From positions 118,733 to 182,732 of IMG/VR virus record IMGVR_UViG_3300029288_000078: a stretch of 64,000 nt of DNA; one strand, written 5' to 3'. Below the pieces are notes generated by a model, which saw nothing but the letters and a program-made list of their open reading frames with translations, searched no databases and was not told the DNA's origin. This DNA comes from a virus (Duplodnaviria > Heunggongvirae > Uroviricota > Caudoviricetes). Positions 48,821-59,335 of this stretch are shown here, one piece after another. The translations under genes and the position numbers were made by a program. Position 1 is the first letter of the stretch. Each line of letters begins with the position of its first letter.

Positions 48821-50338
48821 TTAAAGTCCTTCTCTCTGTTGGAATACATTGTCAACTAAGGCAAACGAACGTGGACGTTCAACGATACATGCGTAATAGC
48901 TAGAATAAACCCACTCGCGTGCTAGCCCGCGCAACCCAAGTTCTAATTTATTCAAAAGATTACCGATAACAGCTAACTTAGCACGGTTCTTATCACGAGG
49001 TAAAAACAATACAGAATCAAGTCCGGGAATGATTTTGTTTTTATCAACAAAAATTGCAGAGGTAGTGCCAGGAGCTATGTACATTTTACCAATAAACATA
49101 GTTTTAGTTACATCGCCAGCAGCTTCTTTAGGGGTACGATAAACGCGAAGTTCAGCTACTTTATTACCAGCAGGAAGAGTAACAGTAAGTTGAATTGCAC
49201 GATCAGCAGTGGTTACAGCAAATGCACCAGCTAAAGAAACAGCTGGAGACATACCGTACATATTTACTGTTTGTACAGAATATTGGTAGCTTTCAGTAGT
49301 TAAAAATCCACTTCCATTAATCGAACCATGATGAGCAGCTACAACGCCAGTAGGAGCTTCAGGTTGATAACCAACAGATCCATATATAGCATCAGGACGA
49401 ACGCGCATATATTTAAATACAGTTGGGATGAAATCAATATTGCCAGCAACTGTTTGAATTGGAAGGGAGCTTTGTTCATCATTAGTTACAGATGCGCCAC
49501 GGATATTATAAGCAGCGCCTAAATCACCACGTTCAAATGGGAAAAAGGTCGAACGGAATTCAGCAAGTTGTGAAGTAGTACAGTGAGCTTCTTTAACAGA
49601 ACCACGAGAGTCACGAACTGCGGTTACAACTTTGTCCAAAAATGCACGGTCAAGAACACCGCCTTTTTTGTCAAACAACACCGAACGATTATTACCAAAG
49701 CTTACATAGTCACCAGGAATACCACGAGCAGATTTGTCGCCTTCACGGATATTAGCTTGAATACCACGAATTTGACGAATATTAGCATTAGGATTAGCAG
49801 CAATTGTAGGATCTAAATCGCCGTTCGAATCAATGTACATATCGCCACCAAGATAAAGGTCGCGTTCCATTGCTTCGGCCATGGCTAAAGCTGCATTCAA
49901 ATCATTTTCTTTTTCTAAATCTACAGAATATCCACCAGCGTCATTTACAAGTTGTGCAAGCTGGGTAATGGTTTTGCGTATACCGTACACTTTTAAAACT
50001 TCAGCAACTCTTAAATATTGTGAAGTATCTTCTTGTGGCAAGAATGCTTCAAAACCAGCTAAATCAACACCAGAACGAACCTGTGTCTTTACTGTATACA
50101 TGTACACAGTTTGAGTTGATTTCATTGTAGGAATGTCTTTACTGATCAAAAAGTCTTTGTCTTCCATTGTGATCGAGCGAATAACAGGATCGAGTTGGTC
50201 AATTGCCAAAGCTGAAATTCCAGTTCTACCAGCATTCGACAAACCTTGATAACCAGCAGCAAAAGATTTTGCCATAAATTCTAATTTCTGACCAACTTGT
50301 TTTGCAAGGTCAGGACTCAATGTTTCAAAACCGCTCAT
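48821..50338 (-). CDS. virion structural protein (possible major capsid protein)
   Basis: 505 aa, highly expressed-looking (strong terminator, AGGAG RBS). Function inferred only from size and position. Confidence 0.35.
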   Translation of the reverse strand: MSGFETLSPDLAKQVGQKLEFMAKSFAAGYQGLSNAGRTGISALAIDQLDPVIRSITMEDKDFLISKDIPTMKSTQTVYMYTVKTQVRSGVDLAGFEAFLPQEDTSQYLRVAEVLKVYGIRKTITQLAQLVNDAGGYSVDLEKENDLNAALAMAEAMERDLYLGGDMYIDSNGDLDPTIAANPNANIRQIRGIQANIREGDKSARGIPGDYVSFGNNRSVLFDKKGGVLDRAFLDKVVTAVRDSRGSVKEAHCTTSQLAEFRSTFFPFERGDLGAAYNIRGASVTNDEQSSLPIQTVAGNIDFIPTVFKYMRVRPDAIYGSVGYQPEAPTGVVAAHHGSINGSGFLTTESYQYSVQTVNMYGMSPAVSLAGAFAVTTADRAIQLTVTLPAGNKVAELRVYRTPKEAAGDVTKTMFIGKMYIAPGTTSAIFVDKNKIIPGLDSVLFLPRDKNRAKLAVIGNLLNKLELGLRGLAREWVYSSYYACIVERPRSFALVDNVFQQREGL

Positions 50339-50458
50339 CTGTTTCTCCTTAAATAGAGCATTATTTGTTCGAGTAATATCTAAACTCTATTCTAGTGTAC
50401 CACTCATCACTATTTTTTCTTTTATAGGTGTTTTATTTGATTTCGTTACATACCTTTA

Positions 50459-51313
50459 TTAAGCGCCAATGAATCCCATCTTAATAGTCTTGCCAAAATA
50501 CTTAACAAAAGAAGCTGTCAACTCATTTCTTTTTTGCATTAAACCTTGTAATAACTGCAATAGATATCCAGGGCCAGGAAGAGAAGCTGATTGAGAAATA
50601 CCATCTATAGATACTGAGGCAGAATTATATGGAAATAACTTAGGGCCAATATCGGTAAGCATACGAATCGAAGCAACCGTCAAAATTAAATCTTTAAGAA
50701 TTGCAGGAAACCTATCTTGATCAAACCCTGCAACATATTGAGTTTCTATTAAACAAGGATGATAAGCACCACGAGCAAAACCTGTAATGTATTGAAATAC
50801 GCCAGCTGCATTTGTATCTGCTGTTTGCTGAACCATCATTCCACCGTAACTAGGAGCAACTGTAATTCGATTTCTTCTAAGCGCAATCCAAGCAGCGGGT
50901 AATGTATAACTCTGAAAAGGCGTATTGGTTTGAGTGTGAGCAAATTTAAATCTTACATTCAGAACTTTCCATGCCGGCCATCTTGTTAATTTAAGCCCAG
51001 TAAAATTTGCGTTGAACATTCCGTCAATAAAATCATGTGGTTGCATGTGTTCGGTTGGTAAAATGTCACAACCCAAGTCCATTTGAACTTCCGACAATGC
51101 ACTAGTGACGTAATATTCAACGTCTTTAGCCATTATAGGTTCACCCGTTAATGGATACTTTTTAGGCAACCCTTTAAGCGCATAGTTAATAAGATCTTGA
51201 GGTGTGGGAAACGTATCATAAATTTTCATCGCGCCTTCATATCCATCCGAAGTAGACATGATCGGATAGGTATGATACGGCTGCTCATAATTTTGTGTTG
51301 GATCTAATCCCAT
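50459..51313 (-). CDS. structural-module hypothetical protein
   Basis: ORF. Confidence 0.45.
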   Translation of the reverse strand: MGLDPTQNYEQPYHTYPIMSTSDGYEGAMKIYDTFPTPQDLINYALKGLPKKYPLTGEPIMAKDVEYYVTSALSEVQMDLGCDILPTEHMQPHDFIDGMFNANFTGLKLTRWPAWKVLNVRFKFAHTQTNTPFQSYTLPAAWIALRRNRITVAPSYGGMMVQQTADTNAAGVFQYITGFARGAYHPCLIETQYVAGFDQDRFPAILKDLILTVASIRMLTDIGPKLFPYNSASVSIDGISQSASLPGPGYLLQLLQGLMQKRNELTASFVKYFGKTIKMGFIGA

Positions 51314-51368
51314 TAAAAACTCCTTTTCATAAAGCTGTTTAATAATAGCAATAAAAAGAAGTGAGGGC

Positions 51369-51773
51369 TTAATTCCCAGCCACAGTAGGTTTTCTTACGA
51401 TGAAGTAATTCTGTAAAAATACATTCGCTTTACTTGATTCGGTAAAGGTAATTTTCACGGTGCCTGAAATTATGGCTTGGGTATCAGTGGTGGTTAAATC
51501 TATATAAAACATACTTTTATCTTCTGGAATCTGAATAGAATTTTTAGATATAGTTTGTTGTACAGGATTAGAGGCACTTAATGATCTGGCTCTAGGAAAT
51601 TCTATTTGTACAGTAGAGCCGACAGCTGGTATATAACGCCTAGCACCCAAAGCATCGTCCACTTGTAATTGAAAATACAATCTAGTAGATGTATTTGGAG
51701 TTGTGTTCCATGAGCCTTCTTTAAACGTATTAGGCGAATTTATCATATCGATTGCAATTATTTTAAAAGACAT
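51369..51773 (-). CDS. structural-module hypothetical protein (Ig-like/decoration?)
   Basis: ORF. Confidence 0.4.
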   Translation of the reverse strand: MSFKIIAIDMINSPNTFKEGSWNTTPNTSTRLYFQLQVDDALGARRYIPAVGSTVQIEFPRARSLSASNPVQQTISKNSIQIPEDKSMFYIDLTTTDTQAIISGTVKITFTESSKANVFLQNYFIVRKPTVAGN

Positions 51774-51787
51774 AAATCATCACCTCT

Positions 51788-52735
51788 TTATACGATTTTT
51801 AAATGACTTTGTTGTTGCGCTTGTTGTTTAGCAGGCACATTACTAGTTGCTCTATCATTTGTTCTTTGTTTCGCAGCTTCCATATACTCTTTAATTTTGC
51901 TGTGTAGCTTGGTAAATGCTGCTTCTTGTGCTGGAGAAAATCGGGGTTGTGGTTTTGGTTCTGGTTGTTTGCTAACACGAGGAGGCGGTGGAGGCGGAAC
52001 AAGAGACAACTTTGGTTTTGATTGTACGGGATTTCCAATACTATAGGCATGTGCTGTTTTAGGATCTTCCTGTGGAGCCGGCTTCTTATATTTACTCACA
52101 TCGACTTTTTGATTATTAGCTGCGGCAATTTCTTGTTGATTTAATCCTGCTTTAAGTTCTGGCTTTGCATCTTGTTTAGAACCTTGAATGACCGCAAGCT
52201 TGCCCTTCATGTGATTTCGAAGGCGTTGAGTGATACCCAAAGCTTTTTCTTTGCTTTTTTGATCAGAAACTTCTCCGCGATAAGGTGTGTGGGTTTGTTT
52301 ATCAGAAAGACGTGTTACTCCTGTAGCTTTATTTAAACTATTACATTTTCTAAATTTTTCTACTTTTTGCAATGTCGAGCCAAAAGAAAATGCCATAGGT
52401 GCGGCAGATTTTTTAATTGCTTCTTCTTTATTAACATCGTCTTTATCTTGGACTACATTATCGTCATCCATGTTTCCTGCCATTATGGTAGGATTTGTGG
52501 CAACGCATTCTCCACTAAGATCAATGCCAGCAGTTTTAACATCGGCGCTTGTGCTCGATTCAACTACCTTATCGCCAACCTTAAGGAACTCACCTTTTTT
52601 TTGACCATCTTTTTCTACAATAGTTCTGGTAACTTTTTCTGGGTTAGAACTTGTTTCATTATAACTATGAGCTTGCATTCCTGATCTTAGTTTTTTTACT
52701 TTATCCGCGATGGGCATTACTGTACCTGACAACAT
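51788..52735 (-). CDS. Lys/Pro-rich basic protein (internal virion protein-like)
   Basis: Start at MLSGTV after AAAGGAG. PPPPPPR and KQPEPKPQPR segments. Confidence 0.4.
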   Translation of the reverse strand: MLSGTVMPIADKVKKLRSGMQAHSYNETSSNPEKVTRTIVEKDGQKKGEFLKVGDKVVESSTSADVKTAGIDLSGECVATNPTIMAGNMDDDNVVQDKDDVNKEEAIKKSAAPMAFSFGSTLQKVEKFRKCNSLNKATGVTRLSDKQTHTPYRGEVSDQKSKEKALGITQRLRNHMKGKLAVIQGSKQDAKPELKAGLNQQEIAAANNQKVDVSKYKKPAPQEDPKTAHAYSIGNPVQSKPKLSLVPPPPPPRVSKQPEPKPQPRFSPAQEAAFTKLHSKIKEYMEAAKQRTNDRATSNVPAKQQAQQQSHLKIV

Positions 52736-52840
52736 TTTTAAGACTCCTTTAAAAAAAGCGATAACTAATAATAGCAACAAAAGTTTCATTTCTTGCTAAT
52801 TGTTTTAAAACCAAGTATAAGGTTTTTTTGGAGGCTAACT

Positions 52841-53053
52841 ATGGGCTGCGCATCTACTATGGCAATAACAAAAAAAGACGCTATGAAAGAAATCCTTAAA
52901 AGGCTTCCTGCTGCTAATAACAATACGATAGCTGCTGTGTTAGAGTGTTTGGCTAGTTGTAATGAGAGATATAACTTCACGATATGCAGTTCTTATGGAG
53001 ATGAAACTAAATGGAGCGCTCCATATAGATACGATCAAGACGGCTTAGAATAA
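52841..53053 (+). CDS. small Cys-rich protein (70 aa)
   Basis: ATG after GGAGGCTAACT. Convergent with 53113..53859. Confidence 0.4.
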   Translation: MGCASTMAITKKDAMKEILKRLPAANNNTIAAVLECLASCNERYNFTICSSYGDETKWSAPYRYDQDGLE

Positions 53054-53060
53054 AAAAAGG

Positions 53061-53097
53061 AACTCTCTAATAAAAGGGAGTTCCTAGAACACTAAGT
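53061..53097 (-). terminator. rho-independent terminator (minus strand)
   Basis: AGGAACTC/GAGTTCCT stem; on the minus strand it is followed by TTTTTTT. Confidence 0.55.
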
Positions 53098-53112
53098 GAG
53101 GGGGCACCTAGT

Positions 53113-53859
53113 TTATTTAGTAGGAATGGTAATGCCTTTAAGTTTAGCAGCGTGATAAACTTCTTTGATTTCTTCGTCAGACTTAGCATAGTTAGCAGTC
53201 CACATCAAATCAGTATCAATGCTACGATTGCCAGACTTACGTAAAGTTTCAAGATGATTAATTACTTCAGATTTGCTTAACAATTCTGGTTCTTTAACTG
53301 ACTTATTTAAAACTTGAGTAGGTTTGTTCATCGAAGCTGGGCGATTAGCAACAGCAGGTTTCGATAAAGATTTCTTCAATCCTTCAATAGAAACAGTCAT
53401 TGCTTGGATCGATTTTCTCATTGCAATGTTTTCAGACTTCATGGCATCAAGTTCTGCACTAGAAGCAGGGGCTTGAGCTTGTGGAGCGGCAGGTGCTGGT
53501 TGTTCTGGAGCTGGAGCAGGCTGTTGAGCAGCTTGACGTTTTTCCATTTCAGAAGCAAGTGCTTGGAGTAACATATCAAGTTCTTCGTCGCTCATGCTTG
53601 CTATTTCTTGAGCCATTTCGTCAACGCCTTCGGCTTCTACTTGGCCTTCAGGTGCCATTTCTGGTTGACCTTCGGGAGCAGCAGGAGCAGGTTCGCCTTG
53701 ACCTTCGGGAGCGGCTGGAGGAAATTCTTGGCCAGGAACAGCTTGGTCATCATCTTTTGCCATAGGAGCAGGAGGCGGTGGCAAACTCTTTGCAAGAAGC
53801 TCTTTTACTTCGTTTGCTGTCTTGGTAACAGCCTCTAATGTAGCTAAAATATCTTTCAT
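53113..53859 (-). CDS. scaffolding-like protein (Pro/Ala/Glu/Gln-rich, APEGQ repeats)
   Basis: Low-complexity acidic repeats and coiled-coil character within a GC-rich patch. Confidence 0.35.
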   Translation of the reverse strand: MKDILATLEAVTKTANEVKELLAKSLPPPPAPMAKDDDQAVPGQEFPPAAPEGQGEPAPAAPEGQPEMAPEGQVEAEGVDEMAQEIASMSDEELDMLLQALASEMEKRQAAQQPAPAPEQPAPAAPQAQAPASSAELDAMKSENIAMRKSIQAMTVSIEGLKKSLSKPAVANRPASMNKPTQVLNKSVKEPELLSKSEVINHLETLRKSGNRSIDTDLMWTANYAKSDEEIKEVYHAAKLKGITIPTK

Positions 53860-53874
53860 TTTCTTTTTATTCCT

Positions 53875-54267
53875 TTATGCCAAAGCTATAACGATGTAAG
53901 AAAATGCCAAGCCTGCGCCAGCAGCTGCCACAACGTCAGTAGATACGGTTCTTAAAAACACTTTAACAATATTAACGCCACATTCTACATGATCAAATAC
54001 TTTATCAGCGCCCATTGTCAAGCTAGGAGTAACAACAACTTTACCAGTTGCAGTCATGCCTGTAACAGCTAGATTGCCAGAAGCATTAGTTGTCGCAGCG
54101 CCCATTGTAGGTAGCGTTGGAATAGTACTTACAGCAGATTCCAAAGACTGAAGTACACTGCCTAATGCAATGCCAGCTTCAGCAGAAGGAAGGCCAGCTA
54201 CATTAAGAGCTGGTTGAGACTTATAAAAATTATTTAGTAAGTCGATTTGTGCTTGATTTAAACTCAT
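53875..54267 (-). CDS. structural-module hypothetical protein
   Basis: ORF with RBS AGGAGAAG. Confidence 0.45.
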   Translation of the reverse strand: MSLNQAQIDLLNNFYKSQPALNVAGLPSAEAGIALGSVLQSLESAVSTIPTLPTMGAATTNASGNLAVTGMTATGKVVVTPSLTMGADKVFDHVECGVNIVKVFLRTVSTDVVAAAGAGLAFSYIVIALA

Positions 54268-54318
54268 TTTTTCACTTCTCCTTTCTTATAGTGTGAAAAC
54301 AAAGACAACATCTTTTTA

Positions 54319-54849
54319 TTAGATGCCGCCCATGTAAGTACGACCATAAGGAAGTAATGTTGCAATTTTTGTTAAGTGTGTCGAACTTGCAACTGCGCTA
54401 TCAATACCAGCTACCATAGGCTCTTCAGTGTTGTTACAGAAATAAGCATCAACTGGAGCACTTAATTGACCGCGAAGAATGTGGAATACGTCAGCTTGGA
54501 ATTTCTGCCATGCCAATACGGAAGCAGCAGAAGCATGAGTAATTACAGGTTGAGCTTCGATAACTAAAATCAATTTAGACGAACCATCAATAAATGTACC
54601 AAATGCATGGCTCTGTGTTTTAACTGCATCGCTTTCGTTAAATCCTGCTGGTTCTGCCAACAATACAAAACGACGATTGCCAGTTACCCAAGAAGCGCTA
54701 TCAAAATCCATAACCAATCCTTGACAGCCTTTTTCAAAAGCTGTGTCAGTACTAGTACCTTGGATATTTTTCACAGGAGCTGTATAACCCAAATTGTGAA
54801 AATTCTCTTTTAAAATTTCAAACATCTTAACTACACGTGGACTGCTCAT
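54319..54849 (-). CDS. structural-module hypothetical protein
   Basis: ORF with RBS AGGAGAAAAG. Confidence 0.45.
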   Translation of the reverse strand: MSSPRVVKMFEILKENFHNLGYTAPVKNIQGTSTDTAFEKGCQGLVMDFDSASWVTGNRRFVLLAEPAGFNESDAVKTQSHAFGTFIDGSSKLILVIEAQPVITHASAASVLAWQKFQADVFHILRGQLSAPVDAYFCNNTEEPMVAGIDSAVASSTHLTKIATLLPYGRTYMGGI

Positions 54850-54930
54850 TTTTCTTTTCTCCTAAATAAAGCAATTGAAACCTAAACTCATACTATCATC
54901 AAAACTCTTAACTCTTAAATTTACCAACAC

Positions 54931-55803
54931 TTAGAACGTGATTTGCGCTTCAGGGATCACCTCTAATTGTATACCTTGAGGATTGTTCCTTTCTGATTGT
55001 ATCCAGTTATCCCATATTTTTCCTTGCAGAGTAAAAACAGTTTGAAAAATCGACTGTTCTTCATCGTACACGCTAGGGAAGTTTTGGTTAGTCGTAGTGA
55101 TTTGTAATCCGTTTTCATCCATCAAGTATCTACCAAAACGCAAACAATAGCGAATCACTAAAGCAATTAATTTGTGCGTTTCTATATCACCTGAAGTTTT
55201 TAAATCGATTGATACATTAGCAACATTACCAGATGAATGGATGGTTGCAGTTCGACTTGATTCTGTTGTTACTACTTGCCAATCGATTAGTTTTAGCCTT
55301 GGCAATAAATCAACACAAAAGATAATTACTGTTCCATTTGTACTGGGAACTATTCGATCTATTCTCGAAGTAAAAGTACCTTGCCTAAGATAAGCACCAG
55401 CATAAATCCAATCTACTACTTCTTCAGCGTTTACTATTAATCCATAGCCTGTTGTTTCCCAAGCCACGCCTAATGCCTTGCCTAATACTATAGGAGGGAT
55501 CACAGCCATTTCCTGCTGCATTCCATAATCTCCCAATACTAGTACATCCTCTGTGTATTGAGCAATTACTGCTACGCTAGGAAGTTTTGCTAAATCCAAA
55601 ACATAATACGGTTTAACAAAGATTTTATTTTTCAATATTAATTCTTTGCATTGCCGAATATATGCAGAGCCATGAAGTTTGCGCATATAAGGGGTGTCAT
55701 CATATTTACCTAAAATAAATTCCAAATGATGTGGATTATTTCTTAAGTTTTCTAATCCTGCTTCTATTGCATTCATTACGATTAAGTCTGCTACTGAAAA
55801 CAT
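54931..55803 (-). CDS. structural-module hypothetical protein
   Basis: ORF with ATGA overlap with the upstream gene. Confidence 0.45.
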   Translation of the reverse strand: MFSVADLIVMNAIEAGLENLRNNPHHLEFILGKYDDTPYMRKLHGSAYIRQCKELILKNKIFVKPYYVLDLAKLPSVAVIAQYTEDVLVLGDYGMQQEMAVIPPIVLGKALGVAWETTGYGLIVNAEEVVDWIYAGAYLRQGTFTSRIDRIVPSTNGTVIIFCVDLLPRLKLIDWQVVTTESSRTATIHSSGNVANVSIDLKTSGDIETHKLIALVIRYCLRFGRYLMDENGLQITTTNQNFPSVYDEEQSIFQTVFTLQGKIWDNWIQSERNNPQGIQLEVIPEAQITF

Positions 55804-56567
55804 TAGCTAAACCCTTTCTTTTGTAATTCGGATTGAATCATTTGATCCCATTGTTGTTCTGCACTGTTTTCTACTATAGTTAGGGAATCTTTTAATATGT
55901 TAGCTGGCTTAATACCAGGATGAACAAATTTCTCTGGATGTTTTTCACTAATAGTACAAAACAAAACATATTGAGATTGTTTTGGACGAGCGCCTTGTAA
56001 TAACGCATCCTGAGACGCATATTCCCTAACCCTGTACATACCGCGTAGTGCAGCGTCTTCCGTTGCCACTTCTTGCCGCACACTTACTGATCCATTAGGG
56101 TTTTGCGTTTGCGTTTGTTTGCCAAATTTTGGTTTCTTTAAAAGTGCTTGGATTTTTTCAAATAAATCCTGACCTTTATCAGTTTTTGCCGCTGGGCTTG
56201 TTGTCCACACTCTTATCGGAATAACCTTGTATTTAAAACCTGCTTTACTGGTTTTTACTTTACTTCCACTCAAATGGGTTTTAACCATAGGAAAACTGTC
56301 AGCGCCTGATTCAACAGCATTTGCTAGCCAATCTTTCGGATTTAAAGTAACCACTAAAACATCGCTTTGAAGATCGATTTCGACTGCTGCGTTAAAATTT
56401 GGAGCAGTGTGGTTTAATCTTTGACCAGCTAATTTACCTGTAGTTTCTTTAAAATAAATCGGTAAAAAATTAATAAACTTCGCATTGCCACGTTGAAACG
56501 CATTAGTCAAATTAGCTACCGAGTCTATTAAATCTAGTAGTGGATCAAATGATAGCTGATCTGACAT
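55803..56567 (-). CDS. structural-module hypothetical protein
   Basis: ORF. Confidence 0.45.
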   Translation of the reverse strand: MSDQLSFDPLLDLIDSVANLTNAFQRGNAKFINFLPIYFKETTGKLAGQRLNHTAPNFNAAVEIDLQSDVLVVTLNPKDWLANAVESGADSFPMVKTHLSGSKVKTSKAGFKYKVIPIRVWTTSPAAKTDKGQDLFEKIQALLKKPKFGKQTQTQNPNGSVSVRQEVATEDAALRGMYRVREYASQDALLQGARPKQSQYVLFCTISEKHPEKFVHPGIKPANILKDSLTIVENSAEQQWDQMIQSELQKKGFS

Positions 56568-56570
56568 ACA

Positions 56571-57494
56571 TTATGGCTGTGTTGGAGTAGGTTGAGAGGC
56601 TGGAGGTGCAGGAGGTGGATTGCTTGCTGGATTAGTAGCAGGCAATGGTGGCTCTTCTTTATCTAAAGATTCTATAGATTGACCTAATGCCTTGGCAATT
56701 TCGGCTCGAACGATACGCCTAACCGCATCGTAATCTAAACCTGTAGAAGCTTGTTGTTGGGCATTACTTGCTGGAGCATTTGCAGCTTGGTTAATTTGTT
56801 CGACTAAGTTTTCGCCCGCAGGAGAATTTGGTTCTTGAATCATGTCACTAGCGCTTACACCAGCTCCTTTTAAGATTTCATTAAATGGATTGGAACCAGA
56901 ACTTGCTTCATTTACAGGAGAAGCTTCTTTAGGCATATCGGGTTTTAAATCAGGGTTGTTTTGTTCATCTAGGCTTTTTTGCATAGCCTGTGTTTGAGTA
57001 TATAAAGATCCAAGCTTGTTCCATAATTGCTTAGAACGATCATCTATTAAATTCATTTTTTGCAAAGCTTCATAATCTTCATCATCCACAACGCCATGTA
57101 ATATCGCATCAAATACATCTGTCGTACCAATATCACGCTCGTTTAAATGAGACGCAATTGGAGGCGTATTGTCTTGCCAAACACGAGATTCAGTATCAAA
57201 CCAAGCATTAGTGGTGGGATCAAAATAATAAAGTGGATTTTCAGAATTACGACCATAATAAATTTTAAAATATAAAATTCGAGGATCGTTTGGATCTACA
57301 GCATTTGGATCGTTAGGCTTTAACATTTCCAACAAGTCTTCTATCTGTGGAGCCTTGCCTTCATTTTTATGTTGCCAAATTTGGATTGCCGATTTGATCT
57401 TAGAAAGCAGTTCTTTAGTTTCTGCTCCAGCGTCATCAGCTTGTTGCTCTTTAAGAGTTACAGGATCGGGTTGCGTTGCGTCCATCATCACCAT
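56571..57494 (-). CDS. hypothetical protein with Pro-rich C-terminus
   Basis: ORF. Confidence 0.45.
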   Translation of the reverse strand: MVMMDATQPDPVTLKEQQADDAGAETKELLSKIKSAIQIWQHKNEGKAPQIEDLLEMLKPNDPNAVDPNDPRILYFKIYYGRNSENPLYYFDPTTNAWFDTESRVWQDNTPPIASHLNERDIGTTDVFDAILHGVVDDEDYEALQKMNLIDDRSKQLWNKLGSLYTQTQAMQKSLDEQNNPDLKPDMPKEASPVNEASSGSNPFNEILKGAGVSASDMIQEPNSPAGENLVEQINQAANAPASNAQQQASTGLDYDAVRRIVRAEIAKALGQSIESLDKEEPPLPATNPASNPPPAPPASQPTPTQP

Positions 57495-57569
57495 AGTTAT
57501 ATTTCCTTTTTGAAAAGATAACTAATTGTAACGCATAAAATATCTAAACACCAAGTCGGGCTAAGTTCA

Positions 57570-58409
57570 TTATTTGATATTTAAAAAAGGAACTGGATTG
57601 GCACCACTATATGTAGGAAGCTTGCCGTCCCACTTCTCTAAGTACATTTTATTTATTAAATTACTGCTTAAACTTTCTGCCAACAATCGATTAGCCTTAG
57701 CTTCGGCTTCGGCTTTAGCTAATAGAGCTTCGCCTTGCGCTCTAGCTGCCATTACTGTTTTCTTTGCCTCAGCTTCTGTTTGTCGCAATTGATTCTCTAC
57801 CATGATAGCGTTTTGAGTAGCTTGAATTTTAGAGTTTATCGCGTCAATTATAGATTGTGGCGGCCTAAATTCACCGATAATAAAAACCTTCTCTACAATA
57901 ATGCCGTTTTGTATGACACTATTTTTTACAAGAATGTTTACTTGTTCCATTAAAGCTACTTTACCTGCTGACATAACGTCTTCAATTTTCATCTTCGAAG
58001 CGGTTGTCATTAAAGCATCTCTAACATTATTCCTAAGTACACTGTCAATAACTTCTGTAATTGTCCGACGATATTTTTGAAACAACACCGCAGCTTTAGC
58101 AGAATCAATAGACAATGTAATACCAAAATCAGCATTTACCGTTAACCCTTCTGTGGTCTGAAAAGTTATTGACTCATCAGTAGGGCTTCCTTCTGTAGGA
58201 TTTCTTGTCCAATTATACGTTTGAGTAAAAGTTGGAAATAAATACAGCTCCTCATTCCAACCAATAAATTGCTTACCCACGCCAGCAACTCTTTCATGGA
58301 CGCCTTTATCATCACCCGTAAGGGAAACGATAACGCCAACATTACCTGCTGGAATAGTTTCACGACAACCCATTAACAACAAAGAAACAAGAATTAGCTT
58401 TTTAAACAT
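57570..58409 (-). CDS. SPFH/band-7 (HflK/C-, prohibitin-like) lipoprotein
   Basis: Lipobox LLLMGC. Band-7 core followed by an Ala/Glu-rich coiled coil (AEAEAKKTVMAARAQGEALLAKAEAEAKA). Confidence 0.65.
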   Translation of the reverse strand: MFKKLILVSLLLMGCRETIPAGNVGVIVSLTGDDKGVHERVAGVGKQFIGWNEELYLFPTFTQTYNWTRNPTEGSPTDESITFQTTEGLTVNADFGITLSIDSAKAAVLFQKYRRTITEVIDSVLRNNVRDALMTTASKMKIEDVMSAGKVALMEQVNILVKNSVIQNGIIVEKVFIIGEFRPPQSIIDAINSKIQATQNAIMVENQLRQTEAEAKKTVMAARAQGEALLAKAEAEAKANRLLAESLSSNLINKMYLEKWDGKLPTYSGANPVPFLNIK

Positions 58410-58594
58410 AAAATCAAACCCCTCAATAATTTATAAAACACAAAACAATACAAAGGAACTAACGACAACAAACCAAACATAGCTAAATAATAAGATACTG
58501 ATCCACCATTAAACAAATAAACCTCTAATTGGATTATCGGCGGAATACTAACTAATAATGCAAAAATCAAAATTATTAATACTAGAACTTTCAT
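58394..58594 (-). CDS. small two-TM membrane protein
   Basis: Overlaps the start of the SPFH gene; a possible NfeD-like partner. Confidence 0.35.
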   Translation of the reverse strand: MKVLVLIILIFALLVSIPPIIQLEVYLFNGGSVSYYLAMFGLLSLVPLYCFVFYKLLRGLILCLKS

Positions 58595-58797
58595 TATGTC
58601 TCCTGATGTGGCATTCGTTTAATAAAATCTTCTGTCGATCTGCGAATAAATTCAATTTGCTTTTTTAAGTAATCGTTTTCCGCCTCTAGTGCTAAAACCC
58701 GCTGCTTAAGATCTACATTTAATTTTTCAGAAACAATTAATAACGATTCTAAAGTGATACGAGGTGACATGGTTACTAAATCTTCATGCGCCGTCAT
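58594..58797 (-). CDS. small coiled-coil protein
   Basis: ORF. Confidence 0.35.
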   Translation of the reverse strand: MTAHEDLVTMSPRITLESLLIVSEKLNVDLKQRVLALEAENDYLKKQIEFIRRSTEDFIKRMPHQET

Positions 58798-59198
58798 ACG
58801 ATCTCGCTGTTCATTTCTTTTAAGCCTTGTAATATATGCACTGCTAGCGCCATATACTGCTCAACTTGTTCTTCTGTAGGAGTATCATCATCGCAACCGT
58901 CGTTAATACCCTCCAACGTATCACAACCGCTACAAGAGCCATAGCTAACCATGACAGACCAATACTCCGAAGGCTGATACCCCTTTGCCGCAATCACAAA
59001 CACCAAAGTCCCCTGATATTCCCCATCATCTATCTGGTGAATACGTTCAGGATCTGGAAAATGATATGCCTCGTCTTTAGAAATAACAGTAATTACATTT
59101 TTTACAATTTCTTTATAGTTATAAGGGTGTTTTGCAACAAACATGTCTTTTAGTTCAGCACGGTTTTTATCAAATTTTTCTACAAATTCTAAAATCAT
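58794..59198 (-). CDS. hypothetical protein with CSGC...C cluster
   Basis: ORF. Confidence 0.4.
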   Translation of the reverse strand: MILEFVEKFDKNRAELKDMFVAKHPYNYKEIVKNVITVISKDEAYHFPDPERIHQIDDGEYQGTLVFVIAAKGYQPSEYWSVMVSYGSCSGCDTLEGINDGCDDDTPTEEQVEQYMALAVHILQGLKEMNSEIV

Positions 59199-59335
59199 AT
59201 TAATCCTTTAAAAGACTAGATAAAGTAAGAACATATAACAACGTAATCGCAGTAAATTGCATGTCTAATGCTTTAAAGGAATACAACATATAAATAACCA
59301 CTGTTAGAATAGACATAACTGTTCTATAAAACATA

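Noticed and set aside
52786-52980. 64-aa minus-strand ORF.
   Set aside because: It overlaps a better-supported plus-strand gene (52841..53053, GGAGG RBS) and the corrected start of 51788..52735.
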